A program made the position numbers and the translations under genes. The notes beneath the pieces were generated by a model. The model ran no database searches and was not told the DNA's origin. It worked only from the letters and a program-made list of their open reading frames with translations. 20,000 nt of DNA from Catajapyx aquilonaris (lineage: Eukaryota): positions 56,983 through 76,982 of the forward strand of contig JYFJ02001528.1 of the NCBI GenBank assembly GCA_000934665.2, given 5' to 3'. Positions 10,283 through 20,000 of this stretch are shown piece after piece. Numbering within the stretch: position 1 is the first letter of the stretch; each line of letters begins with the position of its first letter.

Positions 10283-12137
10283 TACGTACAATAAACAGAC
10301 TTCCTGCAGACCTGTAGCAAAACTCTCCCAGAAAATTTTGCTTTTATTTTTTGCTTTTAATTCAGTTTTCGTCATATCCAGCAGGGCTATGTGTTATTAT
10401 CGTGCATGGCTGGTAAGAAGCTATAGCATTCAGTGTGATTGAGTCCGACAGTCTGAATGGAAGCATTAGTAAGCCCGTCTATTACTTTATAGACCTTTTC
10501 ACTTTTACCAGCCAAAATCCCCAGAAGTAATAGACTGCATAGATCTGGATAGCCACACGAGAGGATTACTATAGGCAGTAAAAGTAGCCAATCTCTCAAC
10601 CGAACAAATAATAAACGACTGATAACTATAGCCAAACAGTTTTCCTCTATGCGACAAATGCAGCGGCATTATTAGAAGGAATGCAATAGTATTAATTTTG
10701 TCATATTGGTCTTTTATGCCATTTTAAGTCCACCTGGATGTTTATCGTTATTTTAATTGCTGCCCATATTATTGATAAGTTATTACAAAAATTAATTATC
10801 CTCGTAAGAAGCTTGTATTTGTATACACTGTTGAGAGCAGTGCCTCCAGTAATAATTCGAGAAAACCAGCCCTTTCCAACGTATGGAACGCATTAAAGGT
10901 CGGTAGTCAGTAAAGGCTGAAAAGTGACCCTTTATATTGCGAAAATTCTCCGCCGTGCACGCAGTGGACTATTTTCGCGTATACTGAGCAGCATTGTTGC
11001 AGTCTCGAAACTTGCTGGAGAGTTACAATGAGTATAGGCCAAGTGCAGGGTAAAGTTGTGAAAGCGAGCAACCATATCCCTTGTACCTCACGAGTGTCAA
11101 AAGGTAAAAGTGGTGCAGTCTGAAGCGACCTCCTCCACTCGGTTTCGTGGGACCTCGTAGCAGACCTCAAAGCTTCCCTATGTGGCTGTATGGTAGCCTA
11201 CAGCAACATGTTGCTCGCTTTGTAGTTTCAGGAGCTCATGGGAGTAGTGTGTAACTTTTCGGTTAGGGGCCGTCCAGTATACGCCGCTGTTTTTGGTTAT
11301 CCCTCTCTGGTCCATCTCCCTTATACGTTACGCAACACTGTTCGCGCTTCTCTGCATGGTTCCGATCGGAGTTCCCTCCAAAATGAGGTGACGGCCTTTA
11401 TGAAGCTGCAGAGGGAAGAGGGAGGTGGGGAGGGTATTGGGGGGAAGGAAAAATTCTGGCTGAAATGTGCTTCAACTTTTGCCAAAATATTCAGAAGAGC
11501 CAGAAAGCTGTAAAACTGATAGTGTTGAAAAAAAGGAGGACCGCTTTGCTAAAGTATGAGGTATATGTTTTCTCGAAGTACAGTCGGAGAGAGTTGTGCC
11601 CGTTTTTCTCCTGGCGGACATAAAATTTGACATTCATTATTGCTTCTGCAGCTCGTCGAATCTGGTGAATTTTACGAGGGGAAAAGTATAACTTTGTCTG
11701 TACCACAGCTACCTTGTCTGTCAGAACTGAAATAACATACGTATAATATTTATCGGTGGATCACGAAACCTCGCCCCCGATATTTTGCTAAAATTCCCAA
11801 TCAGATGTAAAGAAGCGCAATTTAACATGCTATAGAGCTGTGGCAAATATATTAAACCATAAATATATATTATTTTCATTATATAATAAATTTCTGAGGA
11901 GTTCCTAACAAGATGAAGCTGATCACTGCTAAACTTATTTAACCTAACAAAAGATAGGTAAAAATAGGAATAAAGTGGATTTTTTGAAACGTATAGCAGA
12001 TTGCCTATGATAAGGATCATAAGCAGGCAGGGTGGCGTAGATTATATGGTAGCAGGTTTGGGTATCTAGCCCTACATGAGAATTTAAATACTCGGATTGT
12101 ACTACTATTTTTGATTCAGTATTTGATGTTACAAACC

Positions 12138-12193
12138 GTCCACATTAGAGTCATAAATATACCTATAGCAAATTTTATGACTCTAATGTGGAC
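12138..12193. repeat. Perfect 20-bp inverted repeat with a 16-nt loop
   Basis: GTCCACATTAGAGTCATAAA (12138-12157) pairs with TTTATGACTCTAATGTGGAC (12174-12193). Confidence 0.92.
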
Positions 12194-12268
12194 ACCTGGA
12201 CGGTAACTAACTTGACTGACAGACACATAGTATGTCATGTAGTATAAATAGGTCTATGGTTCTACATC

Positions 12269-12354
12269 GGACCCCTCAACGGAGCTTGGAATGGCTGATC
12301 GCTGAGGACTTCGTAGTAGCGCCTTGCTTATCTCTTGTACCCGTTGAGGGGTCC
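12269..12354. repeat. Perfect 14-bp GC-rich inverted repeat with a 58-nt spacer
   Basis: GGACCCCTCAACGG (12269-12282) pairs with CCGTTGAGGGGTCC (12341-12354). Confidence 0.85.
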
Positions 12355-14310
12355 TCTGTCTCCTTTTGCGTCCAGTGCTTTCTGGTACCGGCTTTGAAGC
12401 TATGTCCCAGAACTGCTTCACACACCTTATGAACGTCCGGTGGTCGGGGACTTTGTCCTGATGTCCCAGTCCAAAAAGGCAAAGAAAGATACTTTGTATA
12501 CAGCTATGAGGGATTCATTATTTTAAAAATAATTTAATCCTCCACGACGAATGTATGGTGTTCTGCTCACCACAACGCTATTTTTGCAAATGGCATACCT
12601 TCCCCACTCTAGCACACGCGGATATCCAGCGCAGGCACAAATAGCATCACCTGACCACGTGATTCAAATCCTGCTATTCCTTTTTCACAACCCTGTATTA
12701 GCGAACGAAGATTCAATCGGTAGCCAATCTAGTAAGAAATAACGCGCTACGGCACTCTAGCTGCAGGCCCGGCTAGCCTATTTTCCCGTCTTGAAGGGAG
12801 CAAACGAGGCTGGGATGGAGACGACGCGACGAGGATTGACAGGTGCTATAGGTATGAAACCTCTGAAAAGTAACGCCAGTAAGTGGTAATGTGACAAAGG
12901 AATGGGGCATTATTCCCGGACGCACACAGACTCTGTCATAGTGTAGCCTACACGTATTCATGTATAACTAACCCACTCCCTGTACGATTCATATCATATG
13001 GTGTGCCATTTAGCCTTCTGCGGTCAAAAAGACAACGCATGAACTGCTTAAGATATCTTCAAACCTGTGATATTTTAGTGAAAATAGTTATACAAATCCA
13101 ACGTGAAAGTCGTGTCCAAATGTCATATTCAGAGTTAAAAGCAATTAACTGCATTGTTGGTCACTGAAATGAGGTATTTTGTACTATAATTATTTACATT
13201 CCAATCATATGGCCGCTTGTGAATGGATATCCAGGAATTTAGAGTTACCAATTTTTACGCTTCGCACTAATCGATTACCTACTGGTGAAAGTTGCGTTTC
13301 CCATTTTTATACGACGGGCTCATAATATGGAAGCAACATAATGTACACCCCATCATTCTGTGCCATTTCACGTTAGCAGTGCCCTCCAGTTCTTGGCCCC
13401 CGATCTGAATTGCAATCTGGACTCCACCTTATTGCACATCTTGTACTTCCATAAAGCTGTTCCCTCCAGCGATGCTTGCACCTTTGCAGCTCAACGCCAC
13501 TGATATCTCTGTTCGTCGTTAGGCCTGGTGTCGGGCATAACAAGACTTCCTTATCAATATCGGTCTTATGGTACAGTACATGACTTGACTTTTCAAGTTT
13601 TCAAGATGATCGAGTAAAATATTGTTTTACGACTGTTTAAAACAACAGAACATTAGTAAGCTACTTATGTCGGGAAACTCTAGAATACAAAATAGCACGT
13701 ACACCTCCGTTGTTCACTAACTTGAGAACTGGCATGTAGGAGGAAGGACCTTCCAGAGACCTCATTTTCATATTTCAGATGCTGCGAAATGAAGAGCTAC
13801 AGTATTTGAAAATTAAATAACTTCAGGGTATCCTTTGATTACCCGGTACATAAAACAAATGAAATGAATGAGGCAGATAGGGCAGTTTTTTTGGAATGAC
13901 GGTAATTATGTATTTTCATGCTATTTGACTCTTATTTTCCTTCAGCATGCCTGCATTATTGTTTCACTCTACACCGCCCAGGGCTCGCCAAAGTTTCTAA
14001 AATGAATGTGATCACCGGAGGAGAAGGCTTTCATTTCCTTCATGTCCATCACCAAGCATGGCAGCCATTTTTAATAAAGGAGAGAATGCTCCATTATTAG
14101 CCTCTCTTTGTGTTCGTTGAGAACACTCCTTTCCAGGCATCTTTCATTGTTCAGATATCAGCTTTGACACTAGTTCATCATGGGCAGGTCCAATAATAAT
14201 GTCTAAAAATTATCGGATGCTTTATCTGCGCTTAGGTGATTAGTGGTTAACATATAACAGTGAGTGTATGTAGAATGTGGATTACAAAATATTTATATTG
14301 TGCATAAGTA

Positions 14311-14628
14311 ATAATAATAATAATAATAATAAATAATTTGATACCCCATTATCAGCCTACGGGCTTTCCTAGGGGGGGATTTCTCCCAATTTTTTGTCTG
14401 GAACTCTTCCAATTTTTACTATTTTTCTCATCACCGGAATGAAGCAGGGAAAGGGAAGGAAGGAGGCGGCTGTGGCCTATATTACGGTAACGACCCCGGA
14501 ATTATCCTGCAAGGACCATGGGAAACCACAGAAAACCATGGTCAGGGTCGCCGGCCTCCGGGATTCGAACCCAGGACCTCCCGATTAGCAGTCGGACACC
14601 ATACCACTACACCACTACTGCTTCGGTA
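14311..14628 (-). mobile_element. Full-length tRNA-derived SINE (318 bp)
   Basis: The minus strand has an A box TGGTGTAGTGG (14614-14604), a B box GGTTCGAATCC (14571-14561), a body GGTTTTCTGTGGTTTCCC..TAGGCCACAGCCGCCTCCTTCC resembling common insect SINEs, and a (TTA)n tail at about 14311-14336. A perfect 17-bp TSD TATATTGTGCATAAGTA lies at 14294-14310 and 14629-14645. Confidence 0.93.
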
Positions 14629-17433
14629 TATATTGTGCATAAGTATGCTGAACTGTCCAAGGCCAGTGGTTCCTAATTTAACCCCGGCGATTCCAAGGGG
14701 CGAAAGGTCATGAAAATAATGCTAATGACCCCTGCCCTCTCCCCTTTCACCCGCCCTGAAGAACCCAACTCCGTAGCTGCAGGGAATTAAGAGCACTTGT
14801 TTTCTTGGGGCTTCTATTGTTTAATTCACTTCCACTAACAGCCTAACCGGTGCTGCGTAATGAGCAACGTAAGAGTATAGCTGTAGCCTACTTTGGAAAA
14901 AGAAGACAGGAAACCCTTACAGCAAGAGAACCTTAAGTTTGATGCATTCAAATTGGGATGGGAGTGGGCTGCTATTGAAATAGGTGGAGCTTCGGCTGAG
15001 TAGAATCACATAGGTAGCATAGGCTGTGTCATGCGAGCAGCAAATTCCCTCCTTTCTGTAAATTTTGAACCGGAAAAGTGAGGTCACCCACGCCTAGGCG
15101 CGAATTTGAGATCTGACCTCGCTAGGTCGTCACTCTGACTTCAAGAGGTCATAATATTGATTGATTGATTATAATATTAAAATAGTTTATCGCTCTATAC
15201 GATGTTAATTAACTTGACTAGGTGGAGAGAGGCTATACTCCTTGCCGATTCGAGAACTACTAGTCTGCGGCATTCATGCGGCAATAGTGTGAAATACTCA
15301 TTTCAGGTGTCACTGACGAAAAATGCAATACGCGTATTGTTTGTGTCATGATTCTTGCAGTTTTCAACTTTTTGAATAAACATTTCGGAATACAGGTCCA
15401 TCACCGACATCCCGTCCTCTCTTGTAAAAACCGCCAACTCACACAACCAATGACTGTACATGTACCGTACTGGATGTCACAAAAGATATATGACATCAAA
15501 ACAACCATAGAGGCACTCTATAGTGTACTTGCTTATGTTTACATAATATGGTCACTATTACTGCTGCCACAATGCCAGTAACACACCAACTTTCTGCATC
15601 ACGTAGCATAGCGGTTAGTGCTATTTTCCAAGGATGACAAGCCAGCTCATTATTATTTTACCGAAGATACTTTTACTACCTCTGTGCAATTGCGTGAAGT
15701 TGGCTCGGGTAGTCCGAGTTTTACAGCTGACTACCAATAAGTCTGGACCTAACAACCTGCAATAATGCTGTCTGGACTGTTTATCACAATCGCAATTTCA
15801 AAAGTTTCAGCTCTGAAGCTTTAAAATACCCCAGGCGCCTTCCCAGACGACATTGTTGCAGGTTTCCAGGTCCTGACTTCTTCGTGCCATCAACTGCAAT
15901 ATGACCGCATTATATCGCATTTGGCAGTGTGTCTGGGTGATAGTATGCTATATGTACAGTACATGTAAAATTATACAGGGTGTCTGAAAATACTGAAGGA
16001 GGATATCGACTTTGTGATCACCATGTACCTCTCCTTACATTACTCTCGCGTTTTTGACTTAGGGTCAGCTGGCTAGTTTGCTAACTTTGTATGCATTCCT
16101 AGGCATCCCTGAGCCGCTGTCCGATTTATGCACGAGTTCCAATGGTCTTTCCAATTTTCTGACTTTTTTTTCGAGAGTTCGACGGAGCTGCAAGGCCGAG
16201 TTATGCTTCCCAGTGCGTCAAATATTCAGCTGGGAAAGGAGAGGGAAATAGCTACCTCGCACTTTGGAAAGTCCGACAACATACGTATATGTTGCAGTAT
16301 ATCGGCTTGAAACGCGCTCGTTCTCATACCGTGCAGATTTTATAGCGCGATGAAACATTGAAAGAAGTCAGGGACTCCAGGAAGGCGCCTTCCTCAGCCG
16401 AAAGTCTATGAGAAAATTCTGAAGGTAAAAAAATTTGTATGAAAAGTTTCCCTGCAGTTCCTAATATATCCTTAATATAAGTTAATTACGGTAAAGCGGG
16501 ATCCAAGATTTATTAGTCAGAGGCCTTGGAGGGATTCTAGGGTCCCTATAGGCACTTTCAGATGTGGGGAGCCCACCTCACTTCATTCCCCTCCCATAGT
16601 GGCCTATTGTAGCCAGAATTTCAGAACCTTCGAAGTGGAGCTTTTGACATATCTCGAATACCAGCCAGCAATAATACCTCGTCATCCGAATAGGCAGCTA
16701 AAATGAACTTGAAGCACTGGCAATAACCCACAAACGGGATGGAAGGGAACAGGAGGGTGTCGAAAAATCATCACAATCCTGCGGGCACGAACAGCCAAAA
16801 AAGGCAAACAAGGCGAAGTCCAACTTGTACGTGCAGACGAAGGAAGGCGAAATCGATTGTGAGGTACCCTGCCGAGACAACTAACTGATGCGTGACAGGA
16901 ATCATACAAACGGTCAACATTTTTAAGCAGAAAGTTCTGCATTTACATGGTACATTGCTCCTGAATGCAGAGGCGATGTTGCACAATTCGGGTGTAACCT
17001 GATCGTATAGTTGCCCAGGTAAATGGATACCTTATACTTTGCGCAGGATAAGAGTCAAGGGCTGTTGATGCGCCTCTTGTGCTGCCTTTTTTGTCTGTCA
17101 CATGGGACGGGTGTCGAGTGAATCCGGGTGTAGATATACAAGTGACATTGGACCAAGGACTGCTGGAGACCAGGCCATGAATTTTTGCAAGGCATGTGTG
17201 ATGTGGCTAATTAATGCGGGAAAAATGGGGAACACAATCATGTATTGATCAATCCGAAGTCATTCAGCGAACGTTTTAATTAGGCCTCGAACTATAGTCA
17301 CGACAATCTGTGCTGCACCCGGCCTCCAGAGGATGAGTGTTCCGATAGTGTAATCACGTGTACAGTACTACACATATTACAGTGTAATCACACAAGGCGC
17401 AAATACTCTCCTAAACATACGTGACGTACTATG

Positions 17434-17563
17434 GTGCTCAAATTGTTTTGACCACTTTATCCTGGTCTTGAAGCAACCCTTCACACACACATCTGCTTGC
17501 CGTGAGGCCTGTGCAAAGGGTTGCTTCAAGCCCAGGATAAAGTGGCCAAAACCATTTGAGTAC
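17434..17563. repeat. Imperfect 54-bp inverted repeat with a 22-nt loop, probably the core of a decayed palindromic MITE
   Basis: 17434-17487 pairs with 17510-17563 at 48 of 54 positions. Weaker outer pairing links GCGCAAATACTCTCCTAAACAT (~17397) with ATGTTGGGAAATATTTGCGC (~17593-17612). Confidence 0.85.
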
Positions 17564-19315
17564 TTCACCACCAAAAATATTGCGTACCTTAATATGTTGG
17601 GAAATATTTGCGCTATTTTTTTCATGAAGTGCACTTGCGTGAAAACCTCCTCATTCCTTCACTTTAATGCTATTGTGGTGACTACAAACCCAGACGCTGG
17701 ACGCAACTAACATCGCCTCATATACCATTTCTGGTGGCAAAAAGGGGTAGTCCAAAACCCTGTGTGTGATCATACGACCAACCTACTACTGAAGTTAATA
17801 GGCAATTATGTTGTACTGGAAATGCTGGTCACTGCAGAGCAGGGCTAATATTCGCTAGGTCGTAAAGACGGCGCTTTGCTTAATTTCCCATTCGCCCCGA
17901 GTGAGAGATTTACGCCTATCGCTTTTACGGCTTGCACTGGTCATTGCTTATACAGTAATAGATCTCTAATGACTGTTTGCCCATTGCAAGGCAAGTCATG
18001 CCCATACAATGTAAAATTCAGATTATGTACGTCAGGTCTCAAGCAACACTTATAATACTACATTAAACGTATACGGATGACAACTCCTATAGTAATGTTT
18101 TGTTACTTTATGTCCGAAGATCAAAGTCGCAAATTTCGTTACATTATGATCATAGTGGCAGCAATGAAGTCAGCTTATCTCTGAAGTCGATAAGTTAATT
18201 TCTGCGACACTTTTTCCCAATATATTCGGTCAAAGCTAGGAGTAGGATAGCTTTTTGGTATGATTTATTTCTGCTCTGAAAGGGATAACTATATCAATAT
18301 CTTTTCCATTTTCTGCATCCACCAGCTCTTTTTTTTTCCTTATCCGTTCCCGCTCTTCAGACTTGACATTCTCTTCATAAATTTCTTTCCCCACGCACTC
18401 TCACAGAAGTCACACTTGAACATCTTTTCATATTCTAGTCGGTAATCTTTGACCTGGTGCACAGACCGACTTCGCGGCGGGGGGAAAATGGAAGGAAAGG
18501 CGAGGCGTAAATTTGATTTTATGTATTCTGCTCGACTTGAATAGTCTTCGTGAAGTCCCCCTGACGTCTGCAAAGGAAGGTGACATCTCGAATATAAATT
18601 TGTGCCCACGCTAATTTTTTTTATATTTCGCTCTCAACCTGGCATGTACAATATGAGACTTACTGTACTGGTATTGTAGACCTCTGCGCCCCATCACATT
18701 TCATTGTGACAAATGCAATTTCTGTTGTTGTAATTTGCGGCCTTTCATTTGAGTGGACCTTGTACTGCGAGCAATTTTGTGTGCAATTTATGCATGCACT
18801 GGTAATATTGATACCAAGATTTTGTGCAAAGCAACTCACTTGGAAAGACCGAAAGAGAATTCCAGGCGATAAAATTTTTTGCACCATACATGATGGGAGC
18901 ACTTTTTCTCCCGGGGCCAAATCACTGCAGCACATCAATAAAACAGTTTTGCAACACAAGAGTAAATCGGATTTTCCAGTTTGACCAGGCATAACATTAT
19001 GAGCTTAAAAGGGAGAAATTCAGTTTCACCTGACAACATACTGGCAACTATATAATAGTAATTTTCGACTTGTGGAATAAACATCCATGTACAGTATAGC
19101 ACTAACTTGACCACATTCGTCAGTATCCCAATAGGGTGTTTCATCAACCAGGAGCACTGGAGCTGATAAAGTGTTATGACAAAAAATAAGCAAATAACAG
19201 TTGTATAATTCAGACAAAGATTTACAACGAAAATGATAGAAAATGGGTACAATTATTATAATTATTTGTTGTCTCATGTGGAAGTGTTGAAAATATTTTA
19301 CCGTTCTTTTCGCAG

Positions 19316-19550
19316 GTACTGGACGTGTCATACAACCAGCTGACCAAGATCAGTCCAGATACCTTTCGCTCATTGTTTAGTTTGGCCGAGCTGTACCTGG
19401 CAGATAACTGGATAGCTACGGTAGCCAGTGAAGCTTTCCGTCCCCTGAAGAGGCTTCGCGTGCTAGATCTCAGCAAAAATTACCTAGAAAATCTACCGCT
19501 CAACGCCTTTCGACCTCTCGAAGCGCAGATTAGGAGTCTCAAGGCGGAAG
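19316..19550 (+). CDS. Next coding exon (235 nt, about 3 LRRs) of the same LRR gene; the gene continues beyond the window
   Basis: Acceptor TTTTACCGTTCTTTTCGCAG| at 19315/19316 and donor GAAG|GTCAGT at 19550/19551 (phase 1). Joined to 6236 it reads LQNLQ|VLDVSYNQLTKISPDTFRSLFSLAELYLADNWIATVASEAFRPLKRLRVLDLSKNYLENLPLNAFRPLEAQIRSLKAE, which completes an LRR motif across the junction. Confidence 0.93.
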
Positions 19551-20000
19551 GTCAGTTTCTTCATTTCTTTGTCAGTGTGTTGTTTTTGAACAAAATATGT
19601 TTGTAGTGCAGTTAGTATTGCATGAGTTTGCATGTGATGCTTCCTGATGCCGTGACATATATAAGAACTTCGTTATGCATAAGACGGTTGTTCCAGTGCA
19701 GTGTAATAAATGTGCACTACAATGTACCGGCATCTAACAATAATATTCTGCAGTAGTGCAAGAAATCTTAAGGTAAGTTGATAATGCACACTGTACTTGC
19801 TCTGATCTGAAAATATTGGGACACCCCCAAAAAATGGAGTGGTGGGGTTATACACAGGATGTGATAAAAAGTTTCCATTAAGATTATCTGGACTTTAGAA
19901 TGTATAATTATGAATAGTAACAGTTGAGCTAGGAGGATACCAAATTTGAAGTTCATTTGACAGTTAACAACTGAAATAAATACGATTATACCTTGGACAG

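Larger units (their letters stand above)
6237..19315 (+). other. 13,079-nt GT-AG phase-0 intron of the LRR gene, rich in transposon remnants
   Basis: Bounded by GTTAGT...TTTTCGCAG. The flanking exons join in frame and in LRR register, and no LRR-like ORF lies between them. Confidence 0.88.

Noticed and set aside
14555..14628. tRNA gene on the minus strand
   Set aside because: It has A and B boxes but no complete acceptor stem or terminator; it is the head of the TSD-flanked SINE.
14664..14702. hAT-like terminus CAGTGGTTCCTAA
   Set aside because: No downstream partner TIR or 8-bp TSD found.
15974..16330. TA-CAGGGTGT Tc1-like end (similar partial ends near 11266, 11753 and 19851)
   Set aside because: No matching opposite end in the window. 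Probably old fragments, but the boundaries cannot be supported.
17005..17047. Minus-strand 'KV*GIHLPGQLY' resembling a PIF1/Helitron helicase motif
   Set aside because: Contains a stop, the spacing is wrong and the flanking helicase motifs are absent.

Overview
Eukaryotic genomic DNA, most likely insect or other arthropod (inferred from the gene type and the SINE), not prokaryotic. The window holds the 5' part of one + strand gene for a large secreted or cell-surface leucine-rich-repeat protein of the artichoke/chaoptin-like type. It has a giant 3,090-nt coding exon (3147-6236), a 13,079-nt phase-0 intron (6237-19315) and a 235-nt exon (19316-19550) that continues the LRR register exactly; the gene runs off the window. 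The intron carries a long-TIR foldback-like non-autonomous DNA transposon (7110-8866), a pogo/Tc1-mariner-type MITE with perfect 25-bp TIRs (9326-10282), a complete tRNA-derived SINE with a 17-bp TSD (14311-14628, minus strand) and several isolated hairpins. The least expected signals are a high density of Tc1/mariner-type excision footprints (TA-CAG-TA, TA-CCG-TA, TA-CCGG-TA, TA-CATG-TA), often chained, and a strong splice acceptor upstream of the ATG followed 7 nt later by a consensus GTAAGT donor. I found no support for a new multi-gene system, and the other listed ORFs look spurious.
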